From contig CAJWIK010000001.1 in NCBI GenBank assembly GCA_913042105.1, positions 1-46,827 on the forward strand: 46,827 nucleotides of DNA, in the 5' to 3' direction. Below the pieces are notes generated by a model that saw nothing but the letters and a program-made list of their open reading frames with translations, did not search any database and was not told where the DNA came from. Made by a program: the position numbers and the translations under genes. Source of the DNA: an uncultured Gammaproteobacteria bacterium. GTDB lineage: Bacteria > Pseudomonadota > Gammaproteobacteria > Magnimaribacterales > Magnimaribacteraceae. Below, piece by piece: positions 20,555 to 30,362 of the stretch; position 1 is the first letter of the stretch; every line of letters begins with the position of its first letter.

Positions 20555-22864
20555 TCAGAATCTATATCTAACCTTAAGAGTGAAATTGTCTGCTTGAGGA
20601 TCGTTCCAAGGTCGCTGATATAGCTTACCCAAGTCATCTTCCTCATCAGTCTCTACGATTCTCCCTCCTTTGGAATACACCGCATACAAATAAGCTAAGG
20701 GCATAATTTCATATCTATATCTTATTTGAAAGGCTAAGTCGCTTAAGTTGATTGGAGTCAGTGCAATATCACTTGCATTAAGGTCTCCATAAGAATCTCC
20801 TAAAACAGCCTGTGGATTTGTAGCTAAGAATGAAACCATTTGAGCTTTGATTCTTAACTCATGCTTATCACCAACAAACCAGTTAAACCCTGCAACTGTT
20901 GTTCTTTGTTTTTTGGCATAAACCCCCAAGAGATTATCTTGAATCCAATTTACCCAACCATCTTCGTTTAGGTGCTGATAATAAAGTGAAAAGTTAATGT
21001 TATCGCTTGGAGCAAACTCAAGCTGTGTCGCATAAGAAGTAGCAAAGCCAGAAGCTGAAGCCCATTGCGAGCCCTTTTCTCTCTTAGCCTCTAAAAAGTA
21101 ATTAAAAAAGTCTTGAGAAGGTCCTTTAAAATTTAAAAGCGATCCGTAATTTTCGGGTCTTTTAATGTAAGGAGCTTCTATATTATTTCTTGTAATCCAG
21201 AAATCTTTTCCTGAAGTTCTGTAGAAGTTAGTGAATTCAAAAAAAGAAGTATTTTTGAAAGTAGATTTGTAAGTAAGGTAAGTAAAATTCCAAGATTTAT
21301 CTAAATCAGCGTTACTTTCCACACCTAAACCAAACTCAAACTCATTTGACTGAATTATTGAAGATGCATCGAAGTCTGTGAACTTAAATCCATTCTGAGC
21401 TCCTAAGAACATCCAGTTATTCAACATCTGATAACCCATATCATTGATATCAATATTTTCATCAAAGTAAAAAAGACCTACATCATGCCATCTTCCTTTT
21501 TTCGGAGAAGAGGTAAACCTCAATCTAAATGCCTCGCCTGAGGTGCTATGGGGATTTACCAAACCTTGATCTATGCTAGAAGTCATGAAAACAGCATTTG
21601 TTCTAATTTTATCGGTTGGATTGTAAATCACATCAACGGCATGGACTTCTGCCTCTCGATCCAGAACAGGTCTTTCGGTATAAGTCCCTATATATCCTAC
21701 TGATAAATTATCAGTATTTTTTCGAGCTCTTACGGAATAAAAGTCCCTGCCTTGACTGAATTGCTCGTCAGCCTCCGAAGCTCCTAAAAAACCAAAGTCG
21801 ATGGACTCATTTTGCTGGGTATATCTTACGGCATAATCTATATCAGAAATTCCAACTTGGCTGGATTCACACAAATCTTTAAGAGAATCAGCATAACTGG
21901 AGCAGTTATAATCTGGCGAAGCGCCTATTCTTCTAGTATTTATAAGATAAAAAAACGTGTAGCCTTTGACATCAAATAGAGAATGATTTTCTGAAAAGAA
22001 AGGTCTTTTATCAGAATAAAATGTTTCGCTAGAAGTAAAATTTACTACCAGCTCATCACTTTCTACTTGTCCAAAATCAGGGTTGAGAGCTACATTAAGT
22101 TGTTTACCAGCATCTATCTTCCAGAATATTTCTGCACCAGCTTTTTTATTTGTTTCAGCCAAAACTCTGTCTTCAGTTAGGTTAATATAAGGAAAGAAAT
22201 CTAGCTTTGAAACACTGTAATTATTAAACTCGTATTCATTAAATAAGGATAAGAACTTTTCGGTCCTTGGATTTCCTTTAATGGTTGTATTAACTTTAAA
22301 TTCTCCTCTTAACCACCTATAAAAAGAAAGCTTAACCTTCCTTTTATCGCCTTGTTGAGATTTCATGGGAGCTATACTCCAAGGTATAAATATTTCTGCA
22401 TACCAAACACCTTCATCTATACTTGTGCCATAACCCCAATCAGAATCCCAGTCGTAGTTAACTTCATTTTCATTTCTAACGACATTATCAAGAATTGATC
22501 CGCCCGCAGAAACAGAAAAACCATAAGACAAGAGACCATCTCCATCAAAATCAATTGATACACCGACCATATCGGCATTAGCCATTTCGTCATCTCTTTG
22601 ATGCTTTTGAGTTCTAATACTTTCGTTGGATTGATAGGTTATAAAACCAAAGTAAATGCCCTTTTCATCTTCAAGTACTAAGACTTTTTGAGCACCAGAA
22701 GCATCATCTAGAGTAAAGGGCATACTTTCATAATATTTGGTTATCTCATCTGCTTGAGACCATTCTTTTTCATCGAGCTTTCCATCGATAATGAGATCGA
22801 AAGAAAAAATGTGTAAAGAACAAAATACTAAAAGTAATAATGAAAAAGTAAGCTTCCTATGCAA
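20555..22864 (-). CDS. DUF5916-type predicted outer-membrane beta-barrel with CBM9/DOMON-like domain (paralog B)
   Basis: TTG start with AGGGG RBS, IDGKLDEKEW, WYAEIFIPW, NPDFGQVESD, DKRPFFSE, TRRIG, C-terminal KVRYRF. Confidence 0.82.
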   Translation of the reverse strand: MHRKLTFSLLLLVFCSLHIFSFDLIIDGKLDEKEWSQADEITKYYESMPFTLDDASGAQKVLVLEDEKGIYFGFITYQSNESIRTQKHQRDDEMANADMVGVSIDFDGDGLLSYGFSVSAGGSILDNVVRNENEVNYDWDSDWGYGTSIDEGVWYAEIFIPWSIAPMKSQQGDKRKVKLSFYRWLRGEFKVNTTIKGNPRTEKFLSLFNEYEFNNYSVSKLDFFPYINLTEDRVLAETNKKAGAEIFWKIDAGKQLNVALNPDFGQVESDELVVNFTSSETFYSDKRPFFSENHSLFDVKGYTFFYLINTRRIGASPDYNCSSYADSLKDLCESSQVGISDIDYAVRYTQQNESIDFGFLGASEADEQFSQGRDFYSVRARKNTDNLSVGYIGTYTERPVLDREAEVHAVDVIYNPTDKIRTNAVFMTSSIDQGLVNPHSTSGEAFRLRFTSSPKKGRWHDVGLFYFDENIDINDMGYQMLNNWMFLGAQNGFKFTDFDASSIIQSNEFEFGLGVESNADLDKSWNFTYLTYKSTFKNTSFFEFTNFYRTSGKDFWITRNNIEAPYIKRPENYGSLLNFKGPSQDFFNYFLEAKREKGSQWASASGFATSYATQLEFAPSDNINFSLYYQHLNEDGWVNWIQDNLLGVYAKKQRTTVAGFNWFVGDKHELRIKAQMVSFLATNPQAVLGDSYGDLNASDIALTPINLSDLAFQIRYRYEIMPLAYLYAVYSKGGRIVETDEEDDLGKLYQRPWNDPQADNFTLKVRYRF

Positions 22865-22906
22865 TATATATCCCCTGATGGGAAATTAGTTTATAGATTA
22901 AAGGGG

Positions 22907-25186
22907 CTAAAATCTATATCTTAGCTTAATGGTAAAATTTTCATCGGAAGGATCATTCCAAGGTCTTCTGTAGAGGTTTGACAGATCATCCTCTTCATCA
23001 TTAAGAGAAACTCGACCGCCCTTAGAATAGACCAAGTAAAGATAAGAAAGAGGCATGATCTCATATCTATACCTAACCTGAAATGCTAACTCGCTTATTG
23101 TAATAGGTGATATAGAGATATTTATTGGTGTTAAATTTCCTTTTTGATCTCCTAGATAAGGAGTAGGATTTCTTCCGGTGAATGCTACAAGTTGAGCTTT
23201 TATTCTTAACTCGTGTTTATTGTTTTTAAACCACTCAAGCTCAAAAACGCTTGTTCTCTGTTTTCTTTCATAAGTGGCTAAAAGATTATCATCTAGCCAA
23301 TTTAGCCAATTTTTCTCATCGGAGAGATTATAGGACATGTTGAATGACAAGTTATCGCGAGGCATAAACTTGATAAAAGCTCTAGAAGAGTTTTTCCAAC
23401 TTATCCCCGGAGAGTGCTCACTACCCTTACCTCTTTCAAACCTCAGACTGTAAATATACTTTGGCTTTCGTGGACCAGTAAATTCTATATAACCTCCAAT
23501 CCCTTTGGGCATGTCGATATAAGGAGCCAAAGGAGACCCTCTGGTGATTCTTGTATTTCTACCGGTACTTCTATAAAAAATTTCAGTTTTTACTTCAGAC
23601 AAATCGATGAAATTTGTCTGAACTTTTAAAGCAAAGTTTGAAGATTCCCGAACTGTATCGGCATTAAATTTAGATCCATAACCAATCTCAAATAATCTAG
23701 ATCTAAGAATAGAACCCTCTGAAAATCTTGTCTTTTTAAATTGGGTCCTACCATTGAACATTAAACGGTCATTTAATATGAGGTACCCCATATCATTAAG
23801 ATCGAGCTGATCATCATAAAAAATTATGCCTACACCAGACGAAAAGTCTTGATCAGGGTTATATGAATAACCCATTGTTAAACCGAAGCCGTCTTGATTG
23901 TTCACGTTTGAATGCATCAAATTACCATTCATTCTATGGACTGCAGATGGAAGATACATAAAGTCCACTGAATTAACTTGGGCATTCTTACCTAAAACAG
24001 GCTTATCAACATATGTCCCTAAATACCCATATTTAAAGTCATTAGCTTTTGTATTGAGCCTTAGTGCATAAAAATCTCTACCTTGCGAAAATTTTTCATC
24101 CCTTTCAGATGCACTCATAAAACCAAAATCTACTTTACCTTTTTGTGTATATTTCAAAGCAAAATCTATCTCACTTGTTTCTGCCTGAGTTTCTTGGCAG
24201 TAATCTTCTAGATCACCGTATACTTCACAATCATAATCAGGTCTTCCACCTATCCTTCTCGTGTTAATGATTCTATGCATACGATCACTTACATCGAACA
24301 TACTATTATTTTCAGCAAAGAATGGTCTCTTATCCGAATAGAAGGTTTCAAAAGCAGAGAAATTCACAACAACCTCATCGCTCTCAACTTGTCCGAAGTC
24401 TGGATTCAATGCGAGGTTGAGCTGTTTACTTGAATTAATTTTCCAAAAAATTTCAGCTCCTGCTTTTGAGATTTGATCTGAATTAGCAATGTCTTCAGTT
24501 AGGGTTGTATAGGGGAAAAAATCTAGTTTAGCTACTGAATAGTTATTAAACTGATATTCGTCAAAGACAGATAAATAGACATTCTCATAGACGCTTCCTT
24601 TGATAGTTGAAAGGCCTCTTCCAACCCCCATAAGCATTCTGTAAAAAGCCATTTTTATCTTTCTTTTTTCACCTGTTTGCGTTTTCATTGAGGCAATCGA
24701 CCAAGGTATAAAAGTCTCTGAATACCAAACTCCGTCCTTAACCGTAGCGGCAGATTGCCAATCTGCATCCCAATCCCAATTTCTCTCTTTTTCGTCTGTT
24801 ACGGTTGCATCACCGACTGAACCGCTAGAAGAGATAAAAAAGTTATAACCTTCAATGCCATCACCATCAAAATCGATTACTATTCCATTTTTATCGGATA
24901 TTGATCGCTCTTGGTCGCGCAAGTGATTATTTATTCTCATCGTTTCATTGGTCTGGTAGTTTTTAAAACCAAAATACAGGCCATTCTCAGATTCAATAAT
25001 CAATATTTGCGTTTTGTATTCGTTTACTTCTCTTAGAGAATATGGATAAACTTCATAAAACTTGTCTACCACTTGAGCTTTCTGCCATTCTGCTTCATCG
25101 AGCAATCCATCAATTTTAATTTCAGATTTAAGAGAAAATGACAATACGACACTCAGGATAAGACCTGTAATCTGAAAATAGCCCAT
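22907..25186 (-). CDS. DUF5916-type predicted outer-membrane beta-barrel with CBM9/DOMON-like domain (paralog A)
   Basis: ATG start abutting the upstream gene, IDGLLDEAEW, WYSETFIPW, NPDFGQVESD, DKRPFFAE, TRRIG, C-terminal KLRYRF. Confidence 0.82.
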   Translation of the reverse strand: MGYFQITGLILSVVLSFSLKSEIKIDGLLDEAEWQKAQVVDKFYEVYPYSLREVNEYKTQILIIESENGLYFGFKNYQTNETMRINNHLRDQERSISDKNGIVIDFDGDGIEGYNFFISSSGSVGDATVTDEKERNWDWDADWQSAATVKDGVWYSETFIPWSIASMKTQTGEKRKIKMAFYRMLMGVGRGLSTIKGSVYENVYLSVFDEYQFNNYSVAKLDFFPYTTLTEDIANSDQISKAGAEIFWKINSSKQLNLALNPDFGQVESDEVVVNFSAFETFYSDKRPFFAENNSMFDVSDRMHRIINTRRIGGRPDYDCEVYGDLEDYCQETQAETSEIDFALKYTQKGKVDFGFMSASERDEKFSQGRDFYALRLNTKANDFKYGYLGTYVDKPVLGKNAQVNSVDFMYLPSAVHRMNGNLMHSNVNNQDGFGLTMGYSYNPDQDFSSGVGIIFYDDQLDLNDMGYLILNDRLMFNGRTQFKKTRFSEGSILRSRLFEIGYGSKFNADTVRESSNFALKVQTNFIDLSEVKTEIFYRSTGRNTRITRGSPLAPYIDMPKGIGGYIEFTGPRKPKYIYSLRFERGKGSEHSPGISWKNSSRAFIKFMPRDNLSFNMSYNLSDEKNWLNWLDDNLLATYERKQRTSVFELEWFKNNKHELRIKAQLVAFTGRNPTPYLGDQKGNLTPINISISPITISELAFQVRYRYEIMPLSYLYLVYSKGGRVSLNDEEDDLSNLYRRPWNDPSDENFTIKLRYRF

Positions 25187-25579
25187 TTAATCTATAACAG
25201 TGATATTTATTTTTTGTGAGATTACCGGAGGATCATGTGGTGTATGAGTCATATTTCCAAGAACAAGTTGCATAGAATAGCTACCAGGCAATAACTCAAC
25301 AAGTGATTCGGTTTGCCCTCCTCCAAAATGAATATGATTTGAAGAGGAAGGTATAGGTTTAGATAAATCAATATCATTTACGTTGATAAGCAAATGATGA
25401 TGACCTGTATTGTTCCTATCCGTACCTGCAGGTGCTATGCCCATATCTGATAATCCAAATTGGATAAGAAAGGGTGATTGCACTTGGTCTCCATCATTGA
25501 GATTAATAAAGTAGACCTTTGCTTCAGAAGAAATAAAAGAAGATAAAAAAAGAAATGAGGAGAATATAAAATATTTCAT
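25187..25579 (-). CDS. DUF4399 family exported His-rich protein
   Basis: Signal peptide; VYFINLNDG, FGL..MGIAPAG, TGHHHLLI, HIHFGGGQTE, LVLGNMTHTPHDPPV. Confidence 0.82.
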   Translation of the reverse strand: MKYFIFSSFLFLSSFISSEAKVYFINLNDGDQVQSPFLIQFGLSDMGIAPAGTDRNNTGHHHLLINVNDIDLSKPIPSSSNHIHFGGGQTESLVELLPGSYSMQLVLGNMTHTPHDPPVISQKINITVID

Positions 25580-25580
25580 A

Positions 25581-26057
25581 TTAATTTAAGTACTTACCGG
25601 ATCCGTAGAGGAGCGGTTGAAGATCATCATTATTTAATACCTTTGAAACTCTGCCAATGACAATCGTATGACTAGAATGATCTATTAAATCTGTACATTC
25701 ACAAAATAAAGTAGATAAAGATTCTTGATTATAAATATAACTGCCGTCATCTTTCCAGGCATTGTTCAGAAACCTTGTTTCGCCCTCTTCACTATTACTG
25801 CATATTTCTGCTATATCTTTCTGTTCACTGGATAACGTGTTGATACAAAAAGAAGAATCAACTGCAATAATGCCGTGAATCGAAGCTTCTTTATTGATGC
25901 ATACAAGCATAGAAGGAGGGTCTACAGATAATGATGTAACAGATATTGCGGTCATGGCATGTCTTAAGGTATCTGATTTAGCAGAGATAACACACACAGT
26001 TGATGTTGAACTACGCATGGAGGTTAAGAAGTTTTTCTTGAGATCTGATTTTTTCAT
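25581..26057 (-). CDS. Flavin reductase family protein (HpaC/RutF-like split barrel)
   Basis: AMTAISVTSLSVDPPSMLVCIN, FCINTL, SHTIVIGRV, PLLYGSGKY. Confidence 0.92.
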   Translation of the reverse strand: MKKSDLKKNFLTSMRSSTSTVCVISAKSDTLRHAMTAISVTSLSVDPPSMLVCINKEASIHGIIAVDSSFCINTLSSEQKDIAEICSNSEEGETRFLNNAWKDDGSYIYNQESLSTLFCECTDLIDHSSHTIVIGRVSKVLNNDDLQPLLYGSGKYLN

Positions 26058-26120
26058 TTAGAATAAAACCATTGGTCAAACATTGTTACTAACGGCTTCA
26101 AAAAGCATAATATTGTCCAT

Positions 26121-26684
26121 ATGGTGAAAAGACAAGCAGCAACAAGAATTATTGGTGGAAAATATAAAGGAACTAAACTTGTATTTAAGCCAAACAAGAT
26201 GCTACGACCAACTGAAAGCAAGACTAAAGAAACTCTTTTTAATTGGCTTCTCAATGATTTAGATAAAAAAAAATGCTTAGATATGTTTGCCGGAACAGGT
26301 TCACTTGGACTAGAGGCTATTTCAAGAGGAGCTAGTAATGTTGTATTCATTGAAAAACAATTAAAACTTTCTCAGTCAATTATTGATATCGCTAAAAAAC
26401 TTAAAATAGAAAAAATCTCTAGAGTAATAAATACAAACTCAATTTCGTTTGATTATAAAACTTTGAAACAGAAGTTTGATATCATTTTTCTAGATCCCCC
26501 ATTTCATGAGAATCTTATTCCAAAGTCTTTAGAAGTAATCTGTAACCAAAATCTTTTAAATGAAGGAGGGTTAATCTACGTTGAATGTGAGAAGGATTTA
26601 AAATTAGATCTTTCTAAATTCGATCTAAATGAATTGAAGGAATCCAAAGGCGGGGAAACCAAATACTATTTATATGAAGGCTAG
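26121..26684 (+). CDS. rsmD: 16S rRNA (guanine(966)-N2)-methyltransferase
   Basis: RIIGGKYKG, LRPT, ETLFNWL, LDMFAGTGSLGLEAISRGA, FLDPPF. Confidence 0.96.
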   Translation: MVKRQAATRIIGGKYKGTKLVFKPNKMLRPTESKTKETLFNWLLNDLDKKKCLDMFAGTGSLGLEAISRGASNVVFIEKQLKLSQSIIDIAKKLKIEKISRVINTNSISFDYKTLKQKFDIIFLDPPFHENLIPKSLEVICNQNLLNEGGLIYVECEKDLKLDLSKFDLNELKESKGGETKYYLYEG

Positions 26685-26919
26685 GTTAATACTAATTCTA
26701 ATATTCTTTTCAACACTCACAGTAGTATTAACTAATGGGAAATCAACTCTCTTTGCATCTCAAAGTCTTATCATATTAAACAAAACAATCACCTTAAATT
26801 CAGAAATGATAATAAGCCTAATTGTTTTATCAACATTAATTAGTGTATTAATTCTAGGGATAATTGATAAAGTATTTTTTTCACGAAAGGAAAAGAAGGA
26901 TATCGAGAAAAGCGAGTAA
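26674..26919 (+). CDS. Small two-TM membrane protein of unknown function (LapA-like topology)
   Basis: 81-aa ORF that exactly fills the rsmD-rho gap; two hydrophobic segments and a charged C-tail. Confidence 0.6.
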   Translation: MKARLILILIFFSTLTVVLTNGKSTLFASQSLIILNKTITLNSEMIISLIVLSTLISVLILGIIDKVFFSRKEKKDIEKSE

Positions 26920-26921
26920 AA

Positions 26922-28181
26922 CTATTTCCTTTTCATTGACTCAAAGAATTCGGCATTAGTTTTATAATCTTTAAGCTTATCTAATATCCACTCCATAGCA
27001 GCGGTGTCATCCATTTCGTTGAGAAGCTTTCTCAATACAGTGATATTCCTTAGTTCGGTATCAGAGGTAAGGAGATCTTCCCTTCTGGTTCCAGTCTTTC
27101 TTACATTGATAGCGGGGAATACTCTCTTTTCTGCAATCTTTCTATCAAGATTTATCTCTGAGTTACCAGTTCCTTTAAACTCTTCGAATATCACTTCGTC
27201 CATTCTTGAACCTGTATCAATTAAAGCAGTTGCGATAATGGACAAACTTCCACCACCTTCAATATTTCTAGCAGCACCAAAGAACCTTTTCGGTTTTTGC
27301 AATGCATTGGCATCTACACCACCGGTCAAGATTTTTCCTGAGGCAGCTTGAGTTGAGTTGTAAGCTCTTGCAAGACGAGTAATAGAATCAAGAAGGATAA
27401 CTACATCATGCTTGTGTTCAACTAATCTTCTGGCTTTATTGATTGCCATCTCAGCAACCTGAACATGACGAGTAGGAGCTTCATCAAAAGTACTTGCGAT
27501 TACCTCTCCCTTAACTGAACGTTTCATTTCTGTAACTTCTTCAGGCCTTTCATCTACAAGCAGGACCATAATTTTACATTCTGGATTATTGCGCTCAATA
27601 GAGTGGGCTATACTTTGAAGTAGTAACGTTTTTCCTGCCTTTGGTGGCGATACTATTAAAGATCTCTGCCCTTTACCTGTTGGTGCGGTAAGATCAATGA
27701 CTCTGGAAGATAGGTCTTCGGTGCTACCAGTGCCTAATTCAAAAAGCATTCTCTCATCAGGAAAAAGAGGCGTTAGATTTTCAAAGGATGGTTTGTTTTT
27801 AGTTTTGTCCGGTTCTTCGTAGTTAATTTCTTCAATTTTTAAAATTGCAAAGTATCTCTCACCATCTTTGGGTGATCTAATTTTTCCTTTGATAGTATCT
27901 CCCGTTCTGAGACCAAAACGTCTGATTTGACTCGGAGAAACATATATATCATCAGGGCCTGCCAAGTAAGAAGCATCCGGTGATCTTAGGAAACCAAAAC
28001 CATCTTGAAGAATTTCGAGGACTCCTTCGCCTTCGATATCTTCACCACTCTTGGCTTTGCTTTTAAGTATTCCAAATATTATATCTTGTCTTTTTGCTCG
28101 AGAAGCATTTTCTACTTCACAGTCTTCGCCCAGAGCAATAAGCTCTTCAACGGGCATTCTTTTTAGTTCTATTAGTTGCAT
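26922..28181 (-). CDS. rho: Transcription termination factor Rho
   Basis: [63 protein letters not shown]. Confidence 0.99.
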   Translation of the reverse strand: MQLIELKRMPVEELIALGEDCEVENASRAKRQDIIFGILKSKAKSGEDIEGEGVLEILQDGFGFLRSPDASYLAGPDDIYVSPSQIRRFGLRTGDTIKGKIRSPKDGERYFAILKIEEINYEEPDKTKNKPSFENLTPLFPDERMLFELGTGSTEDLSSRVIDLTAPTGKGQRSLIVSPPKAGKTLLLQSIAHSIERNNPECKIMVLLVDERPEEVTEMKRSVKGEVIASTFDEAPTRHVQVAEMAINKARRLVEHKHDVVILLDSITRLARAYNSTQAASGKILTGGVDANALQKPKRFFGAARNIEGGGSLSIIATALIDTGSRMDEVIFEEFKGTGNSEINLDRKIAEKRVFPAINVRKTGTRREDLLTSDTELRNITVLRKLLNEMDDTAAMEWILDKLKDYKTNAEFFESMKRK

Positions 28182-28236
28182 GAATAAGGATTAGTGGGTG
28201 AATGAAGGGGTTGACCGAAGAAACTTCGATGTATCA

Positions 28237-28265
28237 ATACTAACCTCGTTAGAAATTAGAGTCTA
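28237..28265 (-). promoter_or_regulatory. Putative sigma70 promoter of rho
   Basis: Minus strand TAGACT-17 nt-TAGTAT, followed by a hairpin and a C-rich leader. Confidence 0.6.
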
Positions 28266-28272
28266 GTGTTTT

Positions 28273-28593
28273 CTATATGTTAGATTCAATAAAATCCGTC
28301 AATTGAGTTTTACTTAGAGCTCCGACTTGTTGTGCTATTAGCTCACCACCTTTAAAAATTGCCAAAGTGGGAATACTCATGACATTCTGTTGAGCTGCTG
28401 AATTCTGATTTGCATCCACATCCAATTTGCCAACCTTTAATTTATCTGAAAATTCTATAGCCAATTCTTCAACAATTGGTCCAACCATCTTGCAAGGCCC
28501 ACACCATGTAGCCCAATAATCTACTAATACAGGTTTATCGGATGCATTAACTTCTGTCTCGAAATTATCATCTGTCAATGTGACGACATTCAT
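28273..28593 (-). CDS. trxA: Thioredoxin
   Basis: WATWCGPCK, cis-Pro SIPTL, AAGGAG RBS; canonical trxA-rho order. Confidence 0.98.
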   Translation of the reverse strand: MNVVTLTDDNFETEVNASDKPVLVDYWATWCGPCKMVGPIVEELAIEFSDKLKVGKLDVDANQNSAAQQNVMSIPTLAIFKGGELIAQQVGALSKTQLTDFIESNI

Positions 28594-28688
28594 AGGTACT
28601 CCTTGGAATTTGTAAATGGGAATTTAGTTAGAATCATTATCTGAATACATTATTAGGTCTAAACTAAAAATTTTCAACACCCAAAAGA

Positions 28689-30362
28689 TTATTTTTTAGT
28701 TGTAACAGCGCCTTCAGATGCAGAGGTAACCAAAGATCTATACTTGTCTAACACCCCGCCTTCCTCATCAGCAACCGGACAAACCCAAATATCTTTTCTT
28801 TTTTTGATTTCCTCCTCAGATAAATCAAGGTTTATTAAATTTGTTTCAGCATCAATAGAGATAAAATCACCATCTTTTATAAAAGCTATTGGCCCTCCAT
28901 CGAATGCTTCTGGTGTGATGTGACCCACCACAAAACCATGAGTACCTCCTGAAAATCTACCATCAGTCAGAAATGCGACTTTGTCTCCCAACCCTTTGCC
29001 CATAATTGCAGAAGTAGGACTGAGCATCTCTCTCATTCCAGGAGCTCCTCTAGGCCCTTCATATCTGATCACGAGAACATCACCTTCGGTCACTTGATTA
29101 GATAAAATACCTTGCATCGCAGATTCCTCAGAGTCATAGACTTTTGCTTTCCCTTCGAACCTTAAACCTTCTTTACCTGATATCTTAGCGACTGCACCTT
29201 GCGGTGCTAAATTTCCGTAAAGTATTCTCAAATGGCTATCAGGTTTTATAGGATTTCCTACTTCTCTAATAATTTCTTGATTGGTAGGATAAGTGTCGCA
29301 GGTCGATAGATTTTCTTCTAAAGACTTTCCTGTAACAGTCATTTGACTGCCATCAATTAATCCCTCTTCCAGCATGCCTTTCATCAAAGGTACAATGCCT
29401 CCAATTTCAATCAGTTCAGACATAAGAAAATTTCCACTAGGCCTCAAATCAGCCAAAACAGGAGTTCTTTTTCCTATTCTTTCAAAATCATTTAAATTCA
29501 AATTAACTTTTGCCTCATGAGCTATTGCAAGTAAATGTAAGACGGCATTAGTAGATCCACCCAATGCTATAACTACCGCAATTGCATTTTCAAAAGCAGC
29601 TTTAGTCATAATATCTCTGGGCTTTATATCCTCTGTTATCAAATGCATCATCGCCTCACCTGCGCTCAATGAGTCATCTAATTTACTGGATGAAATAGCT
29701 TCCTGTGCTGAACTATTAGGTAAGCTCATTCCCAACGCTTCAATGGCTGAAGCCATAGTATTTGCGGTGTACATTCCTCCGCAAGATCCCGGTCCAGGAA
29801 TAGCAGAAGATTCAATGTCCAAAAGTTCAATGTCTGACAATGAACCTTCAGAATGTTTCCCAACAGCCTCGAATACAGATACTACGTCAGTTCTATTCAA
29901 TCCTGGTTTGATACTTCCACCATAAACAAAGATTGAAGGTCTATTTAGCCTCGCCATTGCCATCAAACAAGCTGGCATATTCTTATCACAACCGCCTATA
30001 GTGATGAGGCCATCAAATCCCTGACCACCAACAACTGTTTCAATTGAGTCCGCAATAACTTCCCTTGATACAAGAGAATATCTCATCCCTTTTGTGCCCA
30101 TTGATATTCCATCTGAGACAGTAATAGTATTAAATATTACTGCTTTAGATCCTACTGAATCTGCTCCACGAGCAGCAGATTCGGCAAGCTTATCTATATG
30201 CATATTACATGGCGTCACCATACTCCATGTAGAAGCTATCCCAACCTGGGGCTTCTTAAAGTCTTCCGATTCAAAGCCTACTGCCCGCAACATGGCCCTA
30301 GAAGGTGCCTGTTCTGGACCATCAACTATCTCAGATGAATATTTTCTTTTATCTTTTGACAT
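28689..30362 (-). CDS. ilvD: Dihydroxy-acid dehydratase
   Basis: [50 protein letters not shown]. Confidence 0.97.
   Translation of the reverse strand: MSKDKRKYSSEIVDGPEQAPSRAMLRAVGFESEDFKKPQVGIASTWSMVTPCNMHIDKLAESAARGADSVGSKAVIFNTITVSDGISMGTKGMRYSLVSREVIADSIETVVGGQGFDGLITIGGCDKNMPACLMAMARLNRPSIFVYGGSIKPGLNRTDVVSVFEAVGKHSEGSLSDIELLDIESSAIPGPGSCGGMYTANTMASAIEALGMSLPNSSAQEAISSSKLDDSLSAGEAMMHLITEDIKPRDIMTKAAFENAIAVVIALGGSTNAVLHLLAIAHEAKVNLNLNDFERIGKRTPVLADLRPSGNFLMSELIEIGGIVPLMKGMLEEGLIDGSQMTVTGKSLEENLSTCDTYPTNQEIIREVGNPIKPDSHLRILYGNLAPQGAVAKISGKEGLRFEGKAKVYDSEESAMQGILSNQVTEGDVLVIRYEGPRGAPGMREMLSPTSAIMGKGLGDKVAFLTDGRFSGGTHGFVVGHITPEAFDGGPIAFIKDGDFISIDAETNLINLDLSEEEIKKRKDIWVCPVADEEGGVLDKYRSLVTSASEGAVTTKK

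Noticed and set aside
18168-25186. Short identical nucleotide runs among the three barrels (e.g. ttttctgaaaagaaaggtcttttatc) as CRISPR, DGR or recombination cassettes
   Set aside because: They coincide with conserved protein motifs. There is no regular spacing, no adenine-specific variation, and no reverse transcriptase or recombinase in the window.
26054-26350. 98-aa minus-strand ORF that appears to lead the flavin reductase operon
   Set aside because: It is mostly antisense to the conserved 5' part of rsmD and has no family motif.
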